Shown piece by piece: positions 51,401-64,000 of a DNA stretch of 64,000 bases. The number at the start of each line of letters is the position of its first letter. Positions within the stretch are counted from its first letter, which is position 1. Origin of the DNA: Adineta vaga (Eukaryota > Animalia > Rotifera); the NCBI GenBank assembly GCA_021613535.1, contig CP075492.1:19406001-19470000 (forward strand), read 5' to 3'. The translations under genes were made by a program, and so were the position numbers. The notes beneath the pieces are model-generated. The model was given only the letters and a program-made list of their open reading frames with translations. It made no database searches and was not told where the DNA came from.

Positions 51401-51700
51401 TTAGAATTTACTTATGTCAACATTGGTGCTCCTGGCAGATGCAACGATGCTTCTATATACACCCGATCAACTTTATCACATGTTATTAAACATCCTATGT
51501 ATCAAAAGCATATTATAACATTAAACAGTATTAAAATACTGTGTCATTTAATCGTCGATTCACATTGTCCATTAGATCGCACCCCTATGAAACCATATTC
51601 TGAACGTCCAGACACGTCAAGGACTTTATCATTATTGAATTTACATTTTAAGTCGGGCGAGATGTAGTGCTGAACGAACTTTTGGTTTGTGAAAAGACTC
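51401..51700 (+). mobile_element. PIF/Harbinger (DDE_Tnp_4, HARBI1-like) transposase fragment
   Basis: LEFTYVNIGAPGRCNDASIY...HLIVDSHCPL...MKPY, starting directly after a CCCCATACCCT arm. Confidence 0.7.
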
Positions 51701-52099
51701 GAATATGATCTTGATAACTCAACTAATATCATCAAATCAACAGCAGTATTAAATAATGGTACAAATACAGTTTAGTCACACCATCTATATAAATAATATG
51801 AACAGTACAGGAAAAACAATTGACTCGCTGATTATCATAACCAATAAGAAGAAAAGAGAGATACCGAATACATATAGATCCCATATGAGAACAAAACAAG
51901 TGAATGTATCACGAACATGGGCTGCTCAATTAATTAACATATTCTCTAATTGAAATCAGAGAACTATTTGATGTAAAAGATGAAGATAATCCAATAATAA
52001 TCAGAACTTTTGAAAACAGAAGGCAATAATTATCAAATAATGAATGATGTTATATAAAAAGCAAGCATTTTCATTACACATTCATAATATTTTTGAATA

Positions 52100-52410
52100 A
52101 GGTTCTTGTGTATAGGTACTATAATTCATTCCAATGAATGGAAAGTTTATGCAGCATTAAAAAATACAAATTTTTATTTACATCGTACAGTAAACCATTC
52201 TATTCATTTGGTTGATCCAACAACTTCTATACATACTCAACTAATCGAGGATACATAGATGCGTTTAACGAGGAAACAAAAAAAAATAGGGTGGACTTGT
52301 TCGAACTTTATTGCCTACATATTTGGAGGAGTTCGTTGGGAGCAGGGTTTTGGTGCTAAAAAATTTCAAAATATAATTATGCAAATTGTTGTAAATTATC
52401 CACTTGCTTG
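52100..52410 (+). mobile_element. Merlin/IS1595 (ISXO2-like) transposase fragment
   Basis: GTIIHSNEWKVYAAL...HRTVNHSIHLVDPTTSIHTQLIE. Confidence 0.7.
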
Positions 52411-52922
52411 ATTCTATTCTTTTTTTCTTAAATAAATATCTCTTGCTTCATATGACATCTATATGTATTGTGTACCTCTCTTTTCTTCTTATTGGTTATG
52501 ATAATCAGCGAGTCAATATTTTTCCTGTTCTGTTCTTCTTATTTTTATAGACGATGTGACTAAACTGCACTAATACTCACTTTTTAATGTGTCTGAGCTC
52601 ATGTACTTTTATTCTGTTTTCACAAAAATTCGATGTTATTGCATACAGCATACCTGGATAGTAACCTTCACTTACATAACAAATATTTGATAAGAGAATG
52701 AAGAATGACGCCCTTTGTCGTCTGTTGACTGTGGGTTTTTTCCAACATTCAACAAAAAAAAACAGAGTCAATAAATAGGAGTCTATGGTCTTTTATATAA
52801 CAACGTGAAGTTGTAAAAATAATTAGTTTCTTCTTTTTCAAAAAGTAGTGGGGTTAGAGGCTAAGAAAACGACGCCTTCAATTATGAGAAATACACTGGC
52901 TAACACTTAGAAGTAGGCAGTA

Positions 52923-53113
52923 CACTCTAAAAAAAGGAGTTTTACCGAACCTGTATCAAGGGGAAGATCGTTTGAGGTTTCGTAGTGATTTACTGAACCG
53001 AAAAACGGTCGGTTGAATGTTCACCGATCGTTTTTTAGTTTGGCAAATCGATACTGAATCTCAAAGAATCTTCCCCTGGATACAGGTTCGGTAAAATTCC
53101 TTTTTTTTACAGT
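52923..53113. mobile_element. Palindromic MITE with CACT...AGTG ends and TA flanks (CMC/EnSpm-like)
   Basis: TA-CACTCTAAAAAAAGGAGTTTTACCGAACCTGTATC...GATACAGGTTCGGTAAAATTCCTTTTTTTTACAGTG-TA. Nearly the whole element is a hairpin. A similar right end recurs at ~57377-57401. Confidence 0.8.
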
Positions 53114-53486
53114 GTAACGATCAGCATAACATATACGGAATACCTTACGTTGATATTCTGTGATTTCTTTATGTTCACGATTGTACATTATTCATTATCT
53201 CAAACGGTTGTATTATATTCTGTTCGGTAAGATGACTTACGTGCATATACGGTTTTTCCTTACTCTATTTGGATTATTACACTAAAAAATATCAAAACTA
53301 TTAAGGAGAGATATAAGTATGAAGGACAGCTGCGATACATAGGTGGTATATGGCCTACAGGGAATATTGAAGGTATCGGGGGTTCAGAACTCAGTTTTCA
53401 AGTGGAAATAAAATGAATAATTATCATAGCAAGTTCTGTTTCAATTTTCTTTACTCATGCAAGTACATGAGTAAGCAGTAATAATA

Positions 53487-54522
53487 ACGGGCGGGCCATA
53501 AATAACCGACCTCTTTGTATTTCTAAGATTTCTCCTCCATTATCCCTATGATTAAAATATCTTCTTTTAACGAAAGATGACGCTTGAAATCCTTTACAAA
53601 GATATGTATGATTGAACTTGCAAGTCATTTTAAATATATTTCACAAAAGATGAAAATTAAAGACATGCAAACAGTTGTAAAAAATAAATATGAAAATGAT
53701 CATGGTCCAGCAAAATTTTTTCGTGATTTACGTGGAGTAGTTTCATTATCAACAATCAAATCATGGATTCAAATGATCAACAAGACTATTAACTGCTGAC
53801 ATGAATATTTCAAGAACAAGTGTAAGACGAATACTGTACAAAGATCTTGATTGTTTTGCGTACAATAAAATAAAACAACCAAATTGACTAATCTTCAGAA
53901 AAGAAAAAGGCTTTTCGCTGATGAAAAATATTTTGATTCGGATGGGGTATACAATGCTCTGAATAACTGTGTTTGGGCATGTGCGCTGAAGGTCTAACAG
54001 TACTGGTGATTATGGAGAATGGGACAATGGATACTGAAAGATACATCAACGAAGTTCTTCCCATTGCTTTAAAATCCGGCAAAAAAATGTTGGAGCTAAA
54101 GTACATACACATCATCTAACCCAAAAATGGTGTGCTGATCATTTTCCTGAATTTACCTTCAAGGACCGTTGGCCACCAAAATCGCCTGACTTATATCGAA
54201 TGGATTACAGTTTATGGAATGAACCAGATGAATCTATGGACTGCGACAAAATCGCAATAAAGGCAACTTTGATAGACCAAATAAAACGTTCGGTGAAAGA
54301 TATTAAACAAGGAAAAAATTTACATTCTCGTAATGCTTTTATTTTACGATTACGTTTAATCCACAAATTAAAAAATGGAGGAGACTATATTCGCTAAAAA
54401 GATATTATTTTGTGCAGAATTTCAAACGCTTTCATTTGATAAAACAAAGTGTTTTAGTCACAAGGATAATAGAGGAGAAATCTCAGAAATACTAAGAGGT
54501 CGGCTATTTATGGCTCATCCGT
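53487..54522 (+). mobile_element. Tc1/mariner DNA transposon, internally deleted and defective
   Basis: It has ~100-bp imperfect TIRs (ACGGGCGGGCCATAAATAACCGACCTCTT... / ...AAGAGGTCGGCTATTTATGGCTCATCCGT) flanked by TA. Transposase remnants include FADEKYF and WPPKSPDL. Confidence 0.85.
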
Positions 54523-57500
54523 TAGTTCAGCATCTAGTTTTATATTTCAATACTAACACAATGCACGTTTGTTGGTATAGATGAAATATTTTCATATGAC
54601 CAACTCTTTGATTACACTCAAAACGATTTTCAATAAAGTATTCATACAAGAGCAAAGATGTGCTATATTTGAATTTTAAGGAATGTTTATGAGCAAATCA
54701 AACATATACTTTAACATGTTGTCAAATAGTAAATCTTGTGTCAAAGTTTTAATCAATTTAGCTGTGTTGCACAAAGCTGCATGGAAACCAAAACGTTAAT
54801 TGTTTATTTACAAAGTATGTTCATCGTACCAGACAGAGTTGTATCCATCAAATGACTATCAAATTTGCACAATTCAACGAAGAATTTGACTTAACCATCT
54901 CAACTATCCGTTGTAATCACTCAAAAAAAAGTAACCTTCGTCATGCTCGTTCACTTCAGCCTCGACTGTAGAAAAGAGAGTCTTTATTTCTACGCAATCT
55001 GTCTTTCTAGGAAGAAAAGGAATATGAGTTCCAGTGTGGGTGAATATAAAACTTAAAAATTCGACCCACACCCTCAAACTATTGACAACCATAGACCCAA
55101 AATCGAATCTATCGATAGTCCTGTATCATACCAGGACCCAAAGGTGCTCCCACAGTATAGTTCAGTTGTGACTTTTGACCTAACACAAACCTACAAACAA
55201 ACTAAAACTTTTTTTTTCATGCCATCCTTTCTACAGCCGAGGGAATTTGTCTCCATATAACATTGTTCACTTTCCTAACAGACAACTATTCTGTTATTCA
55301 AATATTTAACTGTTCAGTTATTTCAGTTACAATCCTTCCGCAGTCTCCGCTCATCCTCACACATAAGATACCTCACCCACATTCTCGAGACAACTCTCGA
55401 GCAATTTATTTTCTATTTAATGCAATCAAATAGTGATGAAAAACAAATACGGTAAGTACAGTGAAGACTAAAATATTACTAAAAAAAAATTATTATTTGT
55501 ATGCAAGGCAATTTATTTCGACAAAACATATCATATTTCCTCGTACAAGAAGTTATCAGCATATATTAACGCTTCATGCATGCATTTTAATTGAAATCTA
55601 TTGCAAATGATTTAAGCTTAAATTCCTCGAAACATCTAAGCTATGTACAAATGAAAGGATCGTCATAAGATTAAATCACAGAAGAATCTACAACATTTAA
55701 TACAAGTCTTAAAAAGCTTGAATGTGTCATAAACAAAATAAGAGGTTTATTCGACAAAAAGAATATGTTTGACTGTATAATTTGAATTTAGTTTAAGTCA
55801 GATTGTCATGAGGAGACTGTATCTTAAAACTTTTACACACAGCTTTAGGTAGAAAATAAGTTCAATACAACACAACAGGCAAAGACTAACTAGAACTTTA
55901 AAAAAATCCATTTTTCAATTCACGAGGAAGTCCGCCAATTGTCAAATTGCTTTCGAGTCAGGAGTACCTGCATAATGTAAGTCCTAATGAGTTATGGATA
56001 CTCTGAAAAGAGTTCTGGTCGCTAGGTTATTACTGTTAAAATACTACATTTTTGTTATATGAAGCACGATGTCGTGGTGTCCCTCAGAAACACCAGAAAA
56101 ACTAAGTTTCGAATTTTGATTATGAAATTGATACAGAAGCAGACCTAAGTGAGATCATTTTATGGTGAAAGTTGCAGATTTTTTATTTGTTCCTGTTCTG
56201 ATCTAAAAGCATTAGAATCTATCGGGAGTATATGAATGATGTAAGAAACATGCTTTTTAGCCGTATTTTAGGATAGAACCAACCAAAAGATTCGAAAGCG
56301 ATTTGACAGTTGGGAACCATCCATCGTTCGTTTAATAGAGTAAGAACAAGGAAGAAATGTATGTTTAGTATTTTTTGTTTTTATCCCTTTAAAAAATAAT
56401 CATTTTTTAACCGGTTGGTGCTTGGGCTGAGTCTCACCATGCCGTAGCCTGATTACGCCACGACATACCCAACAACACAATAATCGCATCAATTGATAAC
56501 ATTTTCTGATGCTTTAAACGATTCACCACTGCGCGTGCAATTAAAATAACTCGACAAAATCCTTTCTTCACCATACTTCATCTGTGTTGATGAAACTTTT
56601 TTTTTCTTCCTTCTTCACTGTTTTTTACGATACACGTGTAGTCTTCTCCTTCAGTATTTGATGACGTCAGTTTAAACTCTAAAACAAATTGGTGCTTGAC
56701 CGAGCCAGAGAGGTCTTCCAATGCTTGCATAGAACGATTTATAGTTCAGCAAAATAAAAAACATTTCGCGGTTAATATACTGAACGTTTTTAAGTTCAGG
56801 AGAGTCCAGAAAGTTCGGCACATGTCAAAGAAAACCATCGGAAGGTTTCGCATGTATCGTGAAAAACTATTGCTAGTTTTGTAATATGTCAACGAAACCA
56901 TGAGATATTAAAGGTTCAGTACATTCCATACGAAACCTTTTATGGCTCTGATTATTACTATGTAGGTTTTAGTAGTGTCACATATCCCGCAGATCGGGGA
57001 TGCACCCTCATTTCTCTCAGGACACGGGTTGGTCTCCAGTGGGATATGCAGTTATTTCCCTCGGAATACGCACCCTTCTTTCAGTCGTGGGGGCAATACA
57101 CCCTTTTTATTTAGAGTGTGGCTCTTGCTATCGCCCGACGTCCCAGTTTGAATAGTGCGTCAGACGTGAGTGTGTGAGGAAAACTCCGACAATAACATGT
57201 GGCAGATGTATTCCGAAATTGTTTCTTACAATACCCTTACGATGGTCAGTAAGATCAGATTTTTTGCCGAACTGAAAATACGATGAATACAAATAAGGTT
57301 TCGTAGCTATGGAGTAGTACGAAACGTTATTCCAGATGGATTTAGAAGATTCAGTAGGGAACCATTTTTGATTTGGGAAAAATCCTTTTTTTTTACAGTG
57401 TATGAGTCATTGGTGAATATGTGGTAAAAAGAACATCCAGAAGAAGAAGAAAAGAAATGGTTTTATCGACAAAGAAATATGATGATGCAATAATTGTGTT

Positions 57501-57570
57501 GGAATATTTCAAGCGAATAAGTATTGATGAATCACTCATGATATCGAACGTGATCATCCAGCAAATGGCA

Positions 57571-57777
57571 GAACCTGTTAGAACCTCGTAGAATCCGTTA
57601 GACCCTGTTAGAACCTCGTAGAACCCGTTAGACCCTGTTAGAACCTCGTAGAATCTGTCAGAACCCAATAGAACCCGTTAAACCCAATAGAACCTGTTAG
57701 AAACTCGTAGAACCCTATGCAACCCGGTAGAACCTGCTAGAGCTCGGTAGAACCTGTTAGAGCCCGGTAGAACCTGT
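57571..57777. repeat. Degenerate ~10-bp tandem repeat (AGAACC(T/C)GTT / AGAACCTCGT)
   Basis: About 20 units with a 30-bp higher-order period, which produces the EVLTGSNGFY repeats in ORF 57393..57668. Confidence 0.85.
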
Positions 57778-59606
57778 CGGTGTGGACCTGGGCGTTGGGT
57801 GAAACCTTGGGTGTTGGGCGAAATTAGGGGGACGAGGGTATGGAGCTACGTTTGGTATGTGGGTGATAATGTGTGAAAATGCATTGGAATAGCATGAGTG
57901 TGAATGTAAATGTGTGAAAGTGGGTGATATAGGACGGGGTGGGTGAGAAAAAGATTTGAATCGTTTCCTCGTATATAAAGTTGCTAGACCAATTCGGCTC
58001 ACTACTGGCAGACGCAGAAAATACTTGTCTTTCACAGTATATGGTAAAGTGAGTCTACACGACGAGCGTTATTTGTTTTTCTTTCGTTCTGACTCAAAAC
58101 AGACGGTATGTGCGTTCGAAACGAAAACATCATTTCTTTGAGTGACGGTAAGAATTTTTTTGTCATCTGAAGTGAGCGAAAGTGTTGTTCCTTAGTTCAT
58201 ACTATACCTATTATTCATCCATTTAAATCACTAATAAAAATACGGTAACCAATTTTAGGTTTCAGATCATAGTTCAAATATTTTCCAGAATGTTCCCAAA
58301 TTTTTCAGAGTTTTTCCCCAGATGCTGTTTGTTTGGTTTCAAAGGTTAAAGCTCAGAGATTGATATTTATAGATTAGTGATTAAAATTACCCCAGTTCTA
58401 AAAGGAGATAAGAGAACAATAGTTGGAAACCGGGAAAGTATGGGCTTCAATTGGATTGATTCATTTTTTTTGTATATAAATGAGCGGCATTTCCCTCGGC
58501 TGAGACGTGTGGCTCACTTGCTACGACCGAGTTTTTTCCCCAGTGTTATTACATAAGCAATTCGAAGAGCATTGCATCATTTCCTTCGTGGTATAAAAAG
58601 GAATATTATGATTCACGATCATTCTTTCATTTCATTCAATTTCAAACGACAAGATTCAAAGGTAAAGAACACAATAAATTCTTATCTTGTTCTTCAGGAT
58701 GAAAAACTTTTTTCCAAGGGATTTTACCAGTGACGTAAACTGGAAAATATCATTTTGCGGCAAAATAGTCTTAAAATGGATGACTAATTTGTTACAAAAA
58801 GAAAAATACATATAAACTATATAAGCAATGCTATGTGCAGCAGTATTGATACCACAGCGGTTAAGGCGGTTTAGGGTGAGGGTATCTTTTATTCAATTCA
58901 CCTTCGCTCTCACCTAAGCCCACAACCAAGCATACCGTCACCCTCAGCATAGTTCCTAGTTGTAAATTTGTTATCAGTTGCCGCCAAATATTTTCTTGAT
59001 TAATCAGACTCGTCTAGTATACGGATAAGGTAAGCGACGTGAAGAGTTTTACTTTTTTATGATAGCTTTTTTATTCCTATAAGAGAAAATAAAATTCTTG
59101 AAGTATGTCACCTTTTCATCATCAAGTTTATTCGCCACTGAATAGACGACGACGCACTTTTTGCGTCGCATCTAATACGTATGCTTTTGGATAAAGTGTG
59201 TAAACCGTGGAATAATACTTACGGAAGAAACAGCACCCGACCAAGGGACGATATAATGATAGTAGCGGCGTAACTAGGAATCGCTGGGTGGGTGACTCTA
59301 TGGTCTTTTTGAATTCTTTCTGAATTCAAAATCACAAACCATAAGCATTTTTTTCCACACAACCCTGGGTATACAGGTCTAAAACAAACAATTGATTCTG
59401 TTTAATGACCGACAGTCATTGTTATATATCCAGATGGTGCAACACACAATTGTTCACATTACTTTTCACGATTCTTATCATTTCACTTGACCATGACCAG
59501 ACATAAATCCAGTACTGTGTTCATAGACTCACCTTAATTCATCACTAGTGATGAAAAATGTGTATACCCAGTTAGATACTTTCACCTTAATCAATTTGAG
59601 AGACTC

Positions 59607-59870
59607 AGGGTCTAAGGGTCTAAAGGGTCTAAAGGGTATAAGGGTCTAAAGGGTATAAGGGTATAAGGGTCTAAGGGTCTAAAGGGTCTAAAGGGTATAA
59701 GGGTCTAAAGGGTATAAGGGTCTAAAGGGTATAAGGGTATAAGGGTATAAGGGTCTAAAGGGTATAAGGGTATAAGGGTATAAGGGTCTGAAGGCTCTAA
59801 GGGTCTAAGGGTCTAAGGGTCTAAAGGTATAAGACCCTTACATCCTTAGACCCTTAGACGCTTTAGACCC
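59607..59870. repeat. 8-9-bp minisatellite (AAGGGTCT/AAGGGTAT) ending in inverted copies
   Basis: About 26 direct units are followed by reverse-complement units (AGACCCTT) from ~59832. Confidence 0.9.
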
Positions 59871-60571
59871 AAAGATATGACGACTTCCGAAGTTATGAAG
59901 GACGAAGGTATGCAGGTGTATATGTATATAATTATGAAGATTCGAAGACTCATGATTTCAGTCGGAAATTATATCTGTTTCTTCTTTTCTTAATTCAGAA
60001 AGAATTCAAATAGACTATTGTATGGGGTGGGTGGGCACTGCTCTACCTGTTTTTGAAAGACGAACGAAGAATAATCGAATCGAACCACGTTTGGATCTAA
60101 TTTTCGGAGGTTTCTGCAGTATATTAAGAATTTTTTCGCAAAGGTCTGAGAAGTTTTCAAAGATTTTTCAGACGTTGGAAGAGTATTATACAAAAATATG
60201 TCAGAATTGTCCATAAACTGGCGAGCAATAAAAGGACATTCTCAAAAATTTGCGGTGTTTTCACTCCAACAGTCCCTCATGGGACACCCTCGAGATCACT
60301 TTGAGGATCGTAAGGAAAAAAATAGTCGATTGAACGAAATTTAGCAATTATTATCGTTCTAGTAATTGTTGCTCTATTCCAAACGACAAATCATGTTCGA
60401 AAATGTATTCCATCCATCGATCAATGAAATATCGTTATAAAAAAATTTGCTTTTTCAGAAATTATCGATGAGTGGGCTGAGCCTACTCATGCCCTATCTT
60501 GTTTACGCCACTAAGTGATAGTCTTTACATTATAGAACTAATATTGTAGATAATCTGCATTTTCTGCCATT

Positions 60572-62175
60572 ATGTCCAAAACGCAGTCTGGCCTCTGTGG
60601 CATTGACGAAAAAATTTGGAAATTCGTTGTCCTCTTTGCATCTTTTTACATCAACTTCAGCGTGGATGGTTATAACTTTGTATTTGGTTACTTGAAGTTA
60701 GAAATCGAAAAACAATACCCACATATTGGAAAACAATGGATTGCACTCATCGGCTCGCTAGTGCCTGGCCTGTATTGTATACTATGTATGTTTTTTCGAT
60801 AGTTAATTTATCTATTCTTATCTATTTTCTATAATAATTAAAGCGCCGCTTGCACCAAAAATTGCAGACAAAATTGGCATGCGACTCACGATAATTATTG
60901 CCGCTGGATTGCAACTTTCAGGCTTTGCATTAGCTTTTTTTAATCCATTTAAATCGAATTATTATGCTGATTTGCTAGCTTTGGGAGTCTTTCAAGGTAT
61001 GTCATTTATTCTTTGTAATTTTGTTATCTGAATATGTAGTGCATCGTATACCATATATTATATATTATATATTTTATAGGAGTGGGATCTGCTCTACTCC
61101 TGACGAATTCAATATCTAGTATTACCAATCGGTTTGAAAAGAAAGGAAAAGCACTGGCTACGGGTTTAGTAACGGCCGGTTCACCTTTTGGTGCAATTTT
61201 CTACGGTTCTCTATTCAAAACATTTCTAGAGGCAACTTCTTTCGGTTGGCGTGGAACGTTAATATTTTTTGCTGGGCTTGCTGCAATGAACATTTTGTGC
61301 GGAATAGTTTTTACCCCTCCTCCAGCAGAAGAATCTAAGCAAATTGAACCCAAATTATGGAACTATAGGTTCTTTGGACTTTTGATTATGACTTCGTTAT
61401 TTATTACGGGCTATTATGTTACACCTTTACTCATACCCGGTCAGGCACGTAACCCCAAATACGGCGTTTCTGAAGGTGTTGCGAACAACATAATATTAGT
61501 CTGGGGCATTTCCAATGGTATTGGCCGCATTTTAGTAGGCTTCATGTCAGACATAAGCTACAACTTAGATCATAAGAAACCATATTTGACATCATTCACA
61601 ATCATCACACTTTGTACAATTATTTGTGCTGCGGCAATGTTTGTTTTTCCGCATGTCATGATCTACGGCAATGTGTCATTCCTTTTACTTCAAATAGTGT
61701 ATGGGTTTTTTGTGGGTAAGCAAAACACATTTTTATAATCTAATAGCTACATAGTCATGTAATAATAGCTGGTGGCATAAGTCTTCGATCTGTCATCTTA
61801 AAAGAGCTGATTCCTGGAAGTGTCTCGAATCCTCTAGCTTGGATGTACTTTAGCGATGGTCTCTTTGTTGTTATAGGATTTTGTTTATCTGGTAAGTTTT
61901 CTCATTAATTGTAAATATTACCTATAATCGACGTTTTCATATTCTTGTGATTAACAGCTTATGTCGACACAATTGCTCCAGTCTGGGCATACAGCTTTGC
62001 TGGTATCTGTTTTGCTTCAGCCGTGGTGTTCATGTTTACACTTCTATCACGGTACTTAGCAGCATATGATAGAATTCGTCGCGACAAAACTAGAAATCAA
62101 GCTGAAGAGGAAGCTAACAAACATGAGATCAAAGAATTGTTAGAACGTCAGAATGTCGATGCTACTACGGCCTAA
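60572..62175 (+). CDS. MFS transporter, monocarboxylate porter (MCT/SLC16)-like, 5 exons
   Basis: Exons are approximately 60572-60785, 60844-60997, 61080-61715, 61769-61891 and 61958-62175. Motifs include IADKIGMR, KALATGLVTAGS, FGWRGTL and GIGRILVGFMSD, with multiple TM helices. Confidence 0.85.
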
Positions 62176-64000
62176 CTCTTTATCACTATAACACTTGGAC
62201 ATATACCGTTATCACTCATATTCAATTTAAATTTATGATACCTATTCCCACTATTTTCCATTTAGCCTTAATTAACTTATCCTAGACAGAAACTACCTAT
62301 AATACATATTGTGATCTATGTAATAAAATTGATCTATATAATGGAGATATAAACCAACTTGCTAATTTCAACGCTTGCTTTTTTAGCAATCGATCTTTGA
62401 TATCTAAACTACTTGAAATACTATGCATAATCTGTTTTTAATTGAGAATGAATATGAAGTTTAGCTTTGCCGACGCATTTCATGGTATTTATTAAAGTAA
62501 TGTAACACACATCAGGGCTCTACGCAAGAGGAAAACAGCTGATTATGAATTCGCTAACCATCCTAATCACCCAATGGGCAAACTTCGCTGTGTTGAAAAA
62601 AAACGAAAGAAGGTCCAATATGTCGTGTTGTCTCTTTCATCGTAGTACACTATCAAAAAATACGAAACAGGAGCAGTGCTGCCATCTCTTCTGCTTTTTA
62701 AGAGTAGGCGTCTGAGAAAACCTGATGAGATATGATATCGACGATGGTAGCATCTTTCAGATTTCGATGATTCTTTTATATGTTATAGGAAGTAGTGAAG
62801 TTAGTGTTACCTGAAATGTTCAGCTCAATCGGATCACTCCTGTATATTATAGAAAAATTTGAAACACAAACAGGTTTTTCTGTATTTTTCATTGCCGGCT
62901 TTTTTTATTTTTCTCGATTTTTCAGAGATTTTTGCGGAATATCCTTGAATAAAGGTGGCCTGTAAATGCGAGTTCCTTCAAAAGCTTTAGTCAATCGAGA
63001 AAAATCCATGAAATATCAATGATAAGATCAACTTTTTTTGTTTTAACACGTTTTTTGACCAAAATGTCGACCCATCCTATTTTCTGCGTCAACAAGCGCG
63101 TGCTCTAATATTTTTATCAGTGATAGAGGACCTCAAGGTCAAGTACAAAGAATGCTCAAAAGTTGTCACTCTTCAAAAACGAAGAAGATTTTGCAAAATC
63201 TTGACATACCATACATATCCAATAAAACGCTCATTTTTTATGATTTTGTCAGTTTTATTTATTATTTACAATCATTATCAACGATTGATCATAAAAATGT
63301 TTTTTTTATTCGTCTAGTACTGTTCTTTCTAAATTGAATCGGTTTGGAACTTCGTATATTATTTTTGTATTGTAAGAAGACATTGAAGTTACTTGCCAAA
63401 ATCTTCACGGAATTGTTGAAATTGAAGAGAATTCCTTTGATATTGTTCGAAGCACTGTCATGTTGTCATTCCAGTGGTCGCTTTTTACACTTCTTATAAC
63501 CTCTGTTATATCTAAATATGTTCACTTGAATCACGATTCTTTCTGATATCATCCCTCGTTCTATAAATTTTTTTCTTTTCATTCTGTGTATTTCTCTATA
63601 CATACGATACATGTCATTTTTGGTATTTACTATTGAATACTTCAGCTCCTTATGAATACATATATAAAGTAACTTGTAGTAACAAAATAGTGTAAAACTC
63701 TATTACTACATTTCAAACGAGATAAACCAAAGCGACATAAATAGCTATCGGCAATCAGCTATTATTAAAACATATCAGGAAAGTTTATATTTCACTCTTT
63801 TATTGCATTATAATTTTATTTCACCGTAACATCTTATTTATCTACTGATTATCTTTTTACAAACATTAGTATTATGTCAATGGAAAAACAGTATTCAAGT
63901 TGTGTTTTTTATGAAAAACAAAAATGCAAGTCGTACTTACGTCAAAAAGGTAAAATTCATCTAGATCTATTTAAATTATCAATGCTCAATGAAGACATTC

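Noticed and set aside
1-64000. A recombinase, integrase or telomerase gene that would act on the palindromic sites
   Set aside because: No tyrosine or serine recombinase, intact RT or intact transposase ORF is present in this window, so any enzyme must act in trans and the mechanism remains inference.

Overview
AT-rich eukaryotic DNA with many ~55-60 nt GT-AG introns. The gene families present (F-box/LRR-like, TPR, ART-TPR, NHL, PAN/Apple, a Terminon-type DEDDy nuclease remnant) and the TGTGGG/TGAGGG hexamers point to a bdelloid rotifer; this is inferred, not confirmed. The window is a mosaic of immunity/defence-type genes, decayed gene fragments and DNA-transposon relics. Genes include a giant Ankyrin-WWE-DEAH helicase-nucleotidyltransferase-PARP gene, a TPR-patatin, an ART-TPR, a bacterial-like ATP-grasp/L-threonine aldolase fusion, a secreted low-complexity protein with tandemly duplicated exons, a tRNA-Thr and an MFS transporter. 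The most striking unexplained structure is a family of roughly 20 short quasi-palindromes with consensus ATCTTGAGGGTGTGGG(TG)-[unique ~10-35 nt spacer]-(CA)CCCACACCCTCAAGAT. They are built from bdelloid telomere-type hexamers in head-to-head orientation. They punctuate the window into gene-sized blocks and repeatedly sit exactly where coding fragments are cut. This suggests a telomere-seeded break-and-rejoin scar or a gene-cassette junction system.
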